From Candidatus Bathyarchaeota archaeon (GTDB lineage: Archaea > Thermoproteota > Bathyarchaeia > Bathyarchaeales > Bathycorpusculaceae): DNA of 64,000 bases. The stretch spans positions 1,229,930 to 1,293,929 of the forward strand of contig CAWGYA010000008.1 in assembly GCA_963826715.1 (NCBI GenBank). The letters are read 5' to 3'. The first letter of the stretch is position 1. Every line of letters begins with the position of its first letter. The position numbers were made by a program, and so were the translations under genes. This document shows positions 21,195 to 30,448 of this stretch, one piece after another. The notes beneath the pieces were generated by a model that had not been told where the DNA came from, did no database searches, and saw only the letters and a program-made list of their open reading frames with translations.

Positions 21195-21311
21195 CTATAA
21201 CTGGCTATTGGGTTCTTGTTTAATTAGACTATTCAAAGATAAAACTGAATTTCTTGCTGCTACAAGTTATCTTGTTGCGAAACTTTTAAAGCACGTTTTG
21301 TTCCTATAGCT

Positions 21312-21635
21312 GTGGCGATGGATCTTAGGCGGTGGGTCAGGGGTCCATTATCTCCGTAAATCCTCTACATGACGGGCTGACATCTGCGGATGAGGCGTCA
21401 AAGGTCGCCTGGAGTTTCATTTCCGAACCAGTGACTATCCGTCCTTTGGGGCTGGCGGTCGATGGGTAGTTTCCGTAGGGAAGCTGCTTCATCGTTTAAC
21501 AGGCGAACCTGGCTAGGCTCGGGAGAGAGCAACCTAAGTTTGGACGTTATGCGCTCAAGGGGGTGCGGGTACGAGTGTAGGGTTTGAGGTTTCCAGGCGG
21601 AGTCTAGGCGTCGAACCGCAGCGGTCCATCGCTAC
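21312..21635 (+). ncRNA. ffs: archaeal signal recognition particle (7S) RNA
   Basis: Terminal helix GTGGCGATGGA/TCCATCGCTAC; helix 6 closed by a GTAG tetraloop; helix 8 GGCTAGGCTC-GGGA-GAGAGCAACC (SRP54 site); TATA-like TTTTAAA upstream and a T-run downstream. Confidence 0.93.
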
Positions 21636-21736
21636 TTTTACAATTAGACTTATTTCTTGCCTTAAATTAAATAGTTTTCAAGAAAAGTTTTACAGCACAC
21701 TATAATTTCCAAATGCTTGCAACATTAATTTCTTAT

Positions 21737-22267
21737 TCAGCTAAATTCGTCAATGCTTTTTTTGAAAAGAGCCTTATCAATCACTCTCGCATCCAAATTG
21801 TGTTTCGCTGCGGTTTTGCGCATTGCAGTTAGGAAACGAATGTAGTTTTGCGGGGTATATAGACCCGCAGGTGGGTTGCCTAACAATCGTTTCCAGACGT
21901 TTTGATCGAAGATGCCGTAATGTTTGGGGTCGAAAAATGCAAGGATTACGCTAGCAAGGATTGGCGAGATGCCTTCAAGAGTGGTAAGGCAATTGATGCG
22001 GTACATGTCATCCCCATGGGGTAGACACAGTACCTGACTACTAATGCGCGCCACTGTTTCTTCGTTGTTTCGAGCTACTAACTCTTGAGCACGTGCAAGT
22101 TTATCAGATTCCTCTTTGAATTTCCACTCAACCACTGAGGTTAGGTCCTTCAGGGTGAGTGATTTATTTTTTCGGAATTTACTGCCGAGTTCCCTTTCCC
22201 TCTGCGCTTGCCAACCAAACGCCTTGTCGTACTTGCGACTCCACATAACATAATCAGGCTTATCCAA
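21737..22267 (-). CDS. helix-hairpin-helix (HhH-GPD-like) domain protein
   Basis: L..VVEWK...LTTLEGISPILASVILAFFDP..YGIFD pattern of glycosylase-like HhH proteins. Confidence 0.6.
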   Translation of the reverse strand: MDKPDYVMWSRKYDKAFGWQAQRERELGSKFRKNKSLTLKDLTSVVEWKFKEESDKLARAQELVARNNEETVARISSQVLCLPHGDDMYRINCLTTLEGISPILASVILAFFDPKHYGIFDQNVWKRLLGNPPAGLYTPQNYIRFLTAMRKTAAKHNLDARVIDKALFKKSIDEFS

Positions 22268-22337
22268 GCTTGTTCACAGCAACATAGTCTCTGCTCTACA
22301 ATTTCTGTGTTACCTAAAATCAAAAATATAGGTGGGT

Positions 22338-22463
22338 TTAGTTTTGATCAACTAAATGGGCGGTACCGTCAGGACAGTAGACTTTTTCGTCTTTTCCGAC
22401 GCGTCTGTATCGCTCACTGCACATATGCAGCATCTCGCAACCGTCACAATCTCTACTCAGCAT
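22338..22463 (-). CDS. putative 41-aa Cys/His-rich microprotein
   Basis: GGAGG SD then MLSRDCDGCEMLHMCSERYRRVGKDEKVYCPDGTAHLVDQN*; co-oriented upstream of the HhH gene. Confidence 0.6.
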   Translation of the reverse strand: MLSRDCDGCEMLHMCSERYRRVGKDEKVYCPDGTAHLVDQN

Positions 22464-23145
22464 TTCTTCGCCTCCATTAGGGCATGATCCATGATCAAAA
22501 ATCACTTATAAGATTATGTAACATGTAACTATATACCTACAGCAATACCTGGCGAAGTGTTTAGAAAATAGCTAACTTCTGAAAGGTTTAATATCTTACG
22601 AGCCGGAGAGGCTGTTTTGGTTTAGCAATCCCGAATACCTAACTACATACGTCGTCGCTCTGCCATTTTTAATGCGTGCCGAACGCGAGAACGGACATAC
22701 CCCATGAATTTGAATAGCAAAGCGCTTAAGTCTGCCGCTAATAGTGGGTTGCCAAAGCCATCATGCCGTCATCCAAACTTTTTAGAGTTTTGTTTTGCTC
22801 TGTTAACCTTATCATTCTTTTTTAATATAAATAATTTTGAGAAATGTTCATAACTTTTAAGAAAAACTTAACAAACGCTCAAAGGTTTAGAATCTTGCAC
22901 TTTATCTGGTAGAAATCTTCTGAAAAAAATCTACAAGAAATACCTTGTTTCAACTTACATTCGTTGGGTAGATTGCTAAAGAAACATCTATAAGCCTTAA
23001 GCTACCAGCGCAAATATGTGGGGTCCATGTTCTACCCGATATAGTTGTTCTGAGGAAAAATAAAATATTCAAATTATTTAAAAAAAGTTTTGTTTCGTTT
23101 CTTCAAGATAACTCTATCAAAGTAGCTTTATCTGATGATAAATCC

Positions 23146-23466
23146 TCAGGGCGAAATCATAGGACGATTCCATAACATGTGCTCAATTGAGCGCAATAAC
23201 TGATACCCAAAGAGTATTGCGACGAAGTAGGTAGGCCACAGAATTACAGGCCAGTTACCTGGGGTATAATTCCAAAGCCCTGTGGAAACGGCAAAGAACT
23301 CCATTAAAGCCAAAGATAGCATTCCACCGAAAGCCAAAAAGACTTGTTCCTTAACTTCGTGTTTTGCGTTCCATTTATGACGGGCAACAATTAAAACTGC
23401 CCATGCGCCAAGGAAAGCGAATAAAAGTATATACCAGTTTGAGTTGAAATCAAATATTACATTCAT
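23146..23466 (-). CDS. small integral membrane protein
   Basis: About 3 hydrophobic segments; ME.FAV.TGLWNY motif; 10-bp gap after the 23477 ORF. Confidence 0.75.
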   Translation of the reverse strand: MNVIFDFNSNWYILLFAFLGAWAVLIVARHKWNAKHEVKEQVFLAFGGMLSLALMEFFAVSTGLWNYTPGNWPVILWPTYFVAILFGYQLLRSIEHMLWNRPMISP

Positions 23467-23476
23467 TGTTTTTTAC

Positions 23477-24157
23477 CTAAATTTTGTTTTTAATTATTTT
23501 TCTATTTTTTCGGGGTTTTCGGTTGATGCGAGGGGGTTTATGGTTTGACCAGCACTTTGAGCAGAACACAGGTTTATCGGCTTTAGGCTGGAAGGGCACT
23601 TCACATTGGGCTTCGCATTCACTACAAATAGCATTATATGTAGAGGGTACACTGAAAGCTTTGAAGATTTGATATTTCTTAAGCCTTGGCCAACCGGTTT
23701 TAGCGTAACGCAGCATTTCTGGGTTATCTTTGAGCCAGCGCATCATATGAAAAAAGTTTTTGCCCCTTTTCTCTTCCCGCTCCGAGAGAGGTTCATAGCC
23801 TAAGTTGCGAATTTCATCTAGATAAGCGATTTCGACTAGGCGTTGGGTTTCGCCTTCGACGTGAATTCGTTTAATACGGTCTTCTCCGTATATTTTCTGC
23901 AGTTCTGCCGCTGCAACGTCAAAGATGCAACCCTGACAAATGTGAATAGATTCGTCCTTTTTTAGATTGAATTTAGCGACAAGCTTCGATACAACACGGG
24001 CAGATTCTTGAAGGTACTCTTTTTCGCGGAAGTTATCTTGGTAAAACCTGACGTCTATTAAATCGTATTTGAATTCGCCTGTTTCTTCATGATAGGCGCC
24101 GACTACTACGCCGAAAAGTAAATCACCACTGCCGGCGTCGTCAACGATAAGGGTCAA
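23477..24157 (-). CDS. RNase H-like fold protein fused to a C-terminal CxxC-x17-CxxC zinc finger
   Basis: IVDDAGSGDLLFGVVVG resembles RNase HII motif I; C-terminal CSEC...VPFQPKADKPVFCSKC followed by a basic tail. Confidence 0.7.
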   Translation of the reverse strand: MTLIVDDAGSGDLLFGVVVGAYHEETGEFKYDLIDVRFYQDNFREKEYLQESARVVSKLVAKFNLKKDESIHICQGCIFDVAAAELQKIYGEDRIKRIHVEGETQRLVEIAYLDEIRNLGYEPLSEREEKRGKNFFHMMRWLKDNPEMLRYAKTGWPRLKKYQIFKAFSVPSTYNAICSECEAQCEVPFQPKADKPVFCSKCWSNHKPPRINRKPRKNRKIIKNKI

Positions 24158-24553
24158 CTTGGGATATATCCCTCTCTTTTCTCAAGCCAATAAGTGGGCG
24201 TTCTATAAAAACCCGCCTTTCATAAAAGATGTAAATTTGGGTCAAAGAACTCAAAAGTTGGAAGTAAATCAATGGCTTTATTTTTATTACCCCTGTAACT
24301 CCAATAAGTTGTAAGTTTTTTGTAACATCTTTTAGTGACCTAAACGCGAGCTGGACCCCCTCAAAATTAAAACCTAACAATTTTGCAAATAAATTGTATG
24401 TATAGAGAACGCTTTTAGGCTTCAGAGCTTTCTATAATGTAAAAACATTGTTCCATTGCAAATCCTTCGCTGTATATATATATCATCTTATTTTACTTCT
24501 GTTAAAACCCTTTTGACCTAGTATGATTAAAGGGTAATAAGAATTCAAAAAAA

Positions 24554-24700
24554 TTAATGCTGGTTTGTTTTAGACTCTTTCTTTCTACTAACATCCACAT
24601 AGCTTTTCTTGCTGCTTTTCTTGCGGTAAGTACAATTGAGTCGAACAGACGATTTACATCTGCGACAATTTTTAACTAAGCCTGCGCGTAACATACACAT
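24554..24700 (-). CDS. possible 48-aa basic Cys-containing protein
   Basis: MCMLRAGLVKNCRRCKSSVRLNCTYRKKSSKK...; no clear SD. Confidence 0.25.
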   Translation of the reverse strand: MCMLRAGLVKNCRRCKSSVRLNCTYRKKSSKKSYVDVSRKKESKTNQH

Positions 24701-25039
24701 ATTTTTTCTCTCTTTGATTTTCGATTAGAAAAGAATCAGTTATTCAATCAGTTGCCATCTAAGAGGATAAGAGAAACTCTTCATGCAACATATACATCTC
24801 TTCTTAATAAGGGTTAAGAAAATAACCTCATTTTGTGAACAGGAAAATTTTTTGTTTTCTTTACCTGAAAGCGGCGCAAATATTATTTTTTGGCTATTTT
24901 TAAGGCAAAAAAAGCTTTTTTTTTGAATAGACTAATATAGGCGGTGAAACCAATTAAAGTAATTAGAATTTTCATAAGAGGAAGAGGAATTAAAGAACTC
25001 GCTTACTTTTTCTCGATTATTCTGATGAAAGGGCTCAAA

Positions 25040-25345
25040 ATGGGTAAAAGAAAAATAACAAATGAAGGTAGCCTAGACAATATGGTTCTTCCCTCATCAA
25101 ATGATGTTCTGGGTATGGCAATAAAAATGTTGGGTGCCGATCGAATAATGGTTAAATGCCAAGATGGCAACGAACGCCTGTGTCGAATTAGAGGTAAACT
25201 AAAACGGCGTGTTTGGATACGGGAAGGAGACATTGTTTTAGTTTCACCCTGGGATTTCCAAAAAGAAAGCAGAGGAGACATCTTCTGGCGGTATAGAAAA
25301 AATCAGTCTGATTGGTTGAGAAACCACAAATATCTTACCATGTAG
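25040..25345 (+). CDS. eif1A: translation initiation factor aIF-1A
   Basis: [43 protein letters not shown]...RGDI.WRY; likely start MGKRK at 25040. Confidence 0.95.
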   Translation: MGKRKITNEGSLDNMVLPSSNDVLGMAIKMLGADRIMVKCQDGNERLCRIRGKLKRRVWIREGDIVLVSPWDFQKESRGDIFWRYRKNQSDWLRNHKYLTM

Positions 25346-25365
25346 GAGGGGAGGATTACATTATT

Positions 25366-25533
25366 TTGAAATGTACCGAATGCGGAAACACCTTCCAAAA
25401 GGAAGGCAGTTTAACAGATAATCAATTAATATCTTGTCCCGTTTGTGAAGCAAATTACAGAGCAGTAGTTACGGATGGAAAAATTCGTCTGGAAGATTTC
25501 GTCTTTGAAGAAAAAGATCTTGGCGAACTCTAA
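25366..25533 (+). CDS. LysW/ArgW-like zinc-ribbon protein
   Basis: CTECG...ISCPVC...acidic tail EEKDLGEL; GGAGG SD just after the aIF-1A stop. Confidence 0.65.
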   Translation: MKCTECGNTFQKEGSLTDNQLISCPVCEANYRAVVTDGKIRLEDFVFEEKDLGEL

Positions 25534-25544
25534 TCGGATAACTG

Positions 25545-26081
25545 GTGAAAAAGTTGAGTGAAAATAAAACCAACTTCATAATGGCAGTGCGCGGTTATAA
25601 AAACATAAAAAAACAGAAAACTGCCAACTGCACAGACATTACAGCTATAGACGATTCGAACAACAAAGTGCTTCTTCGTATAATAGACCCTTTAGGCAAC
25701 GAATACATCGACGTTAACGACGTCAAGAACATGACAAAATTCATTGATGCAGAGAATTATGATTCGGCAATTCTGATAAGCAAAAAATTCACTGATACGG
25801 CAGTAAACGAAATGGAGAAACAAAGAATTCAGTATATTTCTGACGATTACATGCCACCCTTTCATATTGAACAACTTTACCTAGCGATAATTGATTGCAT
25901 AAACAATCAATGCCTCAAGAAATGTGGAAAAGAGACAACTGTGAAAACTGAATGCGACGAAAAAAAGGTTGATTTATGCAAGATAAAATGCCTGGCGGGT
26001 AACGCTAAATACCATTTTGAACAGGGAACAGTGGGACTATTAAAAAACGACCTCAAAACGGCCTTAGCCCTAAACAAATAA
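25545..26081 (+). CDS. Mrr-like/restriction-endonuclease-fold protein with Cys-rich C-terminal domain
   Basis: RGY...DITA...IDVNDV...AILISKKFTDTA...IQYI pattern; C-terminal C-x4-C-x3-C...C...C..C. Confidence 0.55.
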   Translation: MKKLSENKTNFIMAVRGYKNIKKQKTANCTDITAIDDSNNKVLLRIIDPLGNEYIDVNDVKNMTKFIDAENYDSAILISKKFTDTAVNEMEKQRIQYISDDYMPPFHIEQLYLAIIDCINNQCLKKCGKETTVKTECDEKKVDLCKIKCLAGNAKYHFEQGTVGLLKNDLKTALALNK

Positions 26082-26224
26082 ACGCTTAACTTTGGATTAC
26101 TTTTTTCTGATTTGTTCGTTATTTTACCTTAAATGTATGCAAACGTTTAAGTCCAGCGCAACATCTATGGAAAAGGTTAATTCACTCGCTATTTTTCATA
26201 GCCCAAAATTAACAGGACTCAAAG

Positions 26225-26446
26225 ATGTCAGAACAAACCCCAACTGAAATAAAATGTAGTGATTGCGGCAAAACCGCCACTGTTCCCTTCAAACCTACCG
26301 CAGGTAAACCAGTTTATTGTCGAGAATGCTTAAGCAAACACAGGGCTACCCGGCGACCGGAAACAGGGAATCGGACACCAATCAACAATCAAAGCCCCGA
26401 TGGGGAAAAACAAGCCTGGTCTAGACGCAGAGAAAATTGGCATTGA
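26225..26446 (+). CDS. CxxC-x17-CxxC zinc-finger protein
   Basis: CSDCGKTATVPFKPTAGKPVYCREC plus an Arg-rich tail. Confidence 0.9.
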   Translation: MSEQTPTEIKCSDCGKTATVPFKPTAGKPVYCRECLSKHRATRRPETGNRTPINNQSPDGEKQAWSRRRENWH

Positions 26447-26457
26447 ATAAATTGCAA

Positions 26458-26736
26458 TTAGCTTATTAATTCAACAACTGTTCCTATCGCTTGTCCCGGA
26501 AGGGGTCTTGCGAATTTTACTCTAACCATGCTATTTCTTCCATGCATTCCAACTATTTTTCCTCTAAATAGGTTTTTGCCGTTTGTCCAGATAACTTTCT
26601 GCCCGACTAGTTTTCCAATTGAACCTGGTTCCACTGTGTTGAATTGAATTAAACATTCTTTTGGTTGCTGGGATTTAGGACCAGTTCGATAGTTTGTTAT
26701 ACGTCCATTAATTTTCGTTGACAAGATATTCACCAT
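26458..26736 (-). CDS. rpl35ae: 50S ribosomal protein L35Ae (eL33)
   Basis: GRITNYRTGPKSQQPKECLI...LVGQKVIW...GKIVGMHG...VRVKF..PLPGQAIG. Confidence 0.9.
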   Translation of the reverse strand: MVNILSTKINGRITNYRTGPKSQQPKECLIQFNTVEPGSIGKLVGQKVIWTNGKNLFRGKIVGMHGRNSMVRVKFARPLPGQAIGTVVELIS

Positions 26737-26852
26737 CTAAGTGCCAGCATGTAAGGGGTGCTGGCATTTAAAGCTGCACTAATTTATTAGGATATTAATG
26801 GTGCCGGAACGTTTTTTAGCTAAATTTTATCTAACTTTAACGCCTATATATT

Positions 26853-27464
26853 GTGATTACCTTGACACTAAACTGCTACCTTCCGGGTAACATTATACTA
26901 ATTGACGCTTACGGCTGGGGAGATCTACTGCTTGGCGTAGTTATCGGAGCAGTTCGCCCACCACAGCGAATGGTAATGGAACGTCGCATCCCCATATCAG
27001 CATTTCAGCTACCAAATTTCAAAACAAAAAAATACTTTGAATACGCCCAAAAAATCGCAGATGAAATTCTAACAGTTATGCAGCCAGAAAAGGAAACTTG
27101 TTTTAAAATCTGCAACGAATACGTGCTGTCCGGCATTATTGTGCATATAGAAAATTTGGGATATAAAGTTCAACGGGTTGAATCGACTGGTGAACTAAAC
27201 CAGTTAGTCGAAGATGCCTATGTTCGTTGGTGTGTAGAAGTTGGCTTACCCAGAGAACTGCTTAAGGATAAGCGGCGGTTCTGGAGTTTTCTAAATTGGG
27301 TCGCTGAAAACCCTCATGTTCGCGAGGGATTAGTTAAGACTGGGTGGGCAAGTTGGGAGCAAAAGTGGCGTTTGGAAATCTACAGAAAACACAATTCAGA
27401 TTATCACCCAAACAAACTTAGTTATTATCCTTTACAAGAGAACACTAAACAGAAAACCCTTTGA
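26853..27464 (+). CDS. RNase H-like fold protein (paralog of 23477-24157)
   Basis: Shares D..G.GDLL.GVV.G, F..K.Y, IC, GE..LVE.AY, F....W...NP and KTGW with the 23477 ORF. Confidence 0.7.
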   Translation: MITLTLNCYLPGNIILIDAYGWGDLLLGVVIGAVRPPQRMVMERRIPISAFQLPNFKTKKYFEYAQKIADEILTVMQPEKETCFKICNEYVLSGIIVHIENLGYKVQRVESTGELNQLVEDAYVRWCVEVGLPRELLKDKRRFWSFLNWVAENPHVREGLVKTGWASWEQKWRLEIYRKHNSDYHPNKLSYYPLQENTKQKTL

Positions 27465-27618
27465 GAAAAAGAATTTTAGTCAAACTGAGAAATCCGCGAG
27501 TTATTTATTAGCGCATTTGAATGTATAATAGTATACGCAGACTTTCAGAAAAAATATCCTTCGCTTTTCTTCTATTGAAAAGTTTTGATTTTGTTATTTG
27601 CTAGTTTGCAGAGAACTA

Positions 27619-27999
27619 TCAAAGTCGTCGACCGTATTTTGCTTTAAGGCAGTCTTCGCAGAGGTTTTGTTTGTATTTTCTTACTCGGCGGGGTTGAAAA
27701 TTTTTTTTGCATTGGCTGCACTTAACCAAGTTAACTTGTTTGGGGTCAATAAGTTTAAGTCGGCGCTTTATCTCCGTTTTTACTTCAGCGTCGTTTTCGT
27801 TTTTTAGTGCTGCGTTTAAGAGGCCTATCGCAAAGTCTACACTGTTTTCTCCAAAAAGTTCTCCGAATACATTCGCGTTTTTTCCTTTTTTCTGCTCCAC
27901 TTTCACTGGTAACATACAAACGAAATTCGCGGGATAACTTCTGGACTTGCTAAAATCCACTACGGCAAAGCGGTAACTTTTTGTTAAATTACTGTCCAT
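27619..27999 (-). CDS. hypothetical protein with C-terminal CxxC...CxxC zinc finger
   Basis: Likely start MDSN at 27999; CSQC...CEDC and a basic tail. Confidence 0.65.
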   Translation of the reverse strand: MDSNLTKSYRFAVVDFSKSRSYPANFVCMLPVKVEQKKGKNANVFGELFGENSVDFAIGLLNAALKNENDAEVKTEIKRRLKLIDPKQVNLVKCSQCKKNFQPRRVRKYKQNLCEDCLKAKYGRRL

Positions 28000-28720
28000 C
28001 TGTTCGCGCTTAAAAACCTGTAATCTACAATCCAATATGACCAACACTTGAAGAGAGATAAAAGATAGTTGTTCACCCATATATCTATATGGTAAACTAA
28101 ACTTGGTTTGGGTTAACTGACAAAGTAACAATTATGGTGATGGATGCCTTTTTTAGTCGCTTAAGTGACCTATAATATGTTATTTATCTATGACATGATT
28201 CTGACAGACATTATTTGTTTGGTTATAGCGTCCGTCTTCATTTTTTGGTCCCAAAAATTTATGGTTTCCTTGTTTAAAACTTGGATTTTTACAACTTAGT
28301 AAGTCCTATGATTTCGCTCAACTTACTTGTTTAAAGAATATACTGTTTCAAAACTGTAGCTGTTTTGATCAATTAAGCATAGGTAACAAGAAGATAGTTG
28401 ATTTTTCAATTGTAAAACGGGTTAATTCGATTAATTTGAAACTGTCAAGAAATGCATGTAAACAAAGCACTATTCATTAGAGGTTTGGGGTTAACAATTC
28501 AATATCTTACTAAATAAACTCTTGAGCTCAAATTTTTGCTTTAACCCCTGATTATAAGCAAATATTTTCAGTGAACACTCTTAATCAATCCCTTTCTATC
28601 TTAATTGGAGCTGTTGCAAAGGGTTTTTAAATAACAACATAAATTATGAAAATTACTTTCAGAATAAATCAGTGCGCATAAATAGCTCTGATTTGTTAAC
28701 TATCTTCGCAACGAAGTTGC

Positions 28721-28798
28721 GGGTCCGTGGCTCAGTCAGGCTAGAGCGGAGGACTCTTAATCCTTAGGTCGCGGGTTCAATTCCCGTCGGACCCGCCA
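28721..28798 (+). tRNA. tRNA-Lys (anticodon CTT), CCA encoded, no intron
   Basis: Acceptor GGGTCCG/CGGACCC; D arm GCTC..GAGC; anticodon arm GAGGA-CTCTTAA-TCCTT; T arm GCGGG-TTCAATT-CCCGT. Confidence 0.96.
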
Positions 28799-28970
28799 GC
28801 ATTTGTGCGAAAAAGTACTAGCCTTTTTTATTTTTTAGCGTCATTTTCTCCTCAGCAGACCCTCTATTCCGCTTCCTCGTTTGTTTTGGTAAAAAATATT
28901 CTAGCGCAGGCTCTATCCCGCTCGCGCGCATTTTTGGCAATCAGAATAACCCAAAGGAGGCAACTAATTA

Positions 28971-29228
28971 ATGGAAAAGCCTGATTCTAGTCAGGAGTTT
29001 TACCTTAAGGGCATTTATCCCGTGGAGGTTCTTTCTGGCGTGCAAGATGGTTTAGTGGAGGTTCGAGCGAAAACTACCTTTCTGCATACCAGCGCGTATT
29101 CGGATGGGAAACGGCAGGTTCGAGTGGGCGTGACTGAGAAGCGTTGGGTTAGGTGGGGCGAGGTTTTGAAGCTTCCGTTTCGTCACGTTTGGTCGCATCG
29201 GCGCCAGGTAGCCAAAGGTCATGCATGA
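28971..29228 (+). CDS. hypothetical protein
   Basis: 85 aa with AAGGAGG SD, immediately downstream of the tRNA. Confidence 0.5.
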   Translation: MEKPDSSQEFYLKGIYPVEVLSGVQDGLVEVRAKTTFLHTSAYSDGKRQVRVGVTEKRWVRWGEVLKLPFRHVWSHRRQVAKGHA

Positions 29229-29276
29229 TTATTTACCCATCCATACGCGCTCATAAAGTGATATGCCAATTTCTCC

Positions 29277-30218
29277 TCAAAGTTTTTGTCGTGATGGTTT
29301 CTTTGGCTGTGCTGTTTGGTCTCTGAATGAGTTAGGGTTTTTGGTTTCCGCGTTTAATAGTTGTTTGAGTTGCCAAACTAGTACATCGCGGTCGTTGGGT
29401 TGCTGGCGCATCCACAATTCGCGTTTTTCCCTGAACTCTTCTCCCGTGATTTTACCCATAGTTTGCAGTTCGCCGAGTAATTTCACGAATCCACGCAACT
29501 CAAGCTGTTCGTCGGTGACTATGTTCACGTTTTTTCCTCCACCTGAGGAGTTTACATGTACCTCTGTATCTGGTGGCGGATAAAATGCAAAGAGGAAGGC
29601 TGTGAAGTACATTGAGTCCCAATTCTGGGTGATAGGACTGCTATTTTTTGCTTTTATCAGTTCCTCAGTATAGAGCTGATATTCCTGTCCGGGCGAGAGA
29701 TACTTTGTTTGTCCTCTTGGTGAATTGGCTATATGATTGACGAAATATCGCAGATGCTGATCGTTAAAAATAGGTAAAACTGTTCCTTTTTCGGTATTAA
29801 AGCAATAGATAATTTTTTTGGCTACGAACTTATCTTGCCCAATGCCGCCTATTCTTTCCCATGGAGAATCTATTTTCTGAGCCAATGATTTGCGATCGTC
29901 GACTGTTATGCGGAGCAGGTTTTTGAATTCAACAATTTGTAGACGCGCGTTGCGATAAACGTTTGAACTGTTAATATTTGAATGGATAATAGGTTTAAGA
30001 GTGTCTTCTAATAGTTGGAAGAATTCTCCGACGGCATCAGGGTTTAGTTTGTAGAGTTTATCGGGGTCAAGCCATTCTATTGCCCGAAGGTTTTCTGTAA
30101 AAGGAAAATTTTGTTTTAACTCTTTTAATACAGAGAGAGCTTTGTCAATTTCGTGTTTAGTTACTCCTACTTTGTCGAATTCTGTTACTTTCTCAAGCAT
30201 CGTGTTGCTCTTGGACAT
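29277..30218 (-). CDS. hypothetical protein
   Basis: 313-aa ORF; C-terminal L.ELQTMGKITGEEFREKR resembles SHOCT. Confidence 0.7.
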   Translation of the reverse strand: MSKSNTMLEKVTEFDKVGVTKHEIDKALSVLKELKQNFPFTENLRAIEWLDPDKLYKLNPDAVGEFFQLLEDTLKPIIHSNINSSNVYRNARLQIVEFKNLLRITVDDRKSLAQKIDSPWERIGGIGQDKFVAKKIIYCFNTEKGTVLPIFNDQHLRYFVNHIANSPRGQTKYLSPGQEYQLYTEELIKAKNSSPITQNWDSMYFTAFLFAFYPPPDTEVHVNSSGGGKNVNIVTDEQLELRGFVKLLGELQTMGKITGEEFREKRELWMRQQPNDRDVLVWQLKQLLNAETKNPNSFRDQTAQPKKPSRQKL

Positions 30219-30448
30219 TTTGACCGCATACAGAGAGATGTGTTTAGATTAATAAGAGTTGCAACATTTGGAAGCCTTTTAGATTAATTTCTTCTTCAAA
30301 CGCTAGGTTTGATTGCATTTTAGCAGGTTATTAGTGGCATACATGTAAGTCAAAAGAGCAACTTTCTGTCTCGAAACTTTTAAAATAATGGTGGTTTGGC
30401 ATAAGGTATAATACTATTACCCTCAAAATAATTAAAAAAGGGATTTAG

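Noticed and set aside
21312-21635. RNase P RNA or novel ncRNA
   Set aside because: Helix 6 and helix 8 motifs and the terminal helix identify it as SRP RNA.
11563-23024. Shared TATGTGGGGT at 11563-11572 (-) and 23015-23024 (+), each downstream of a TATA-like box
   Set aside because: A 10-mer match is expected by chance in 64 kb, and no gene follows the second copy.
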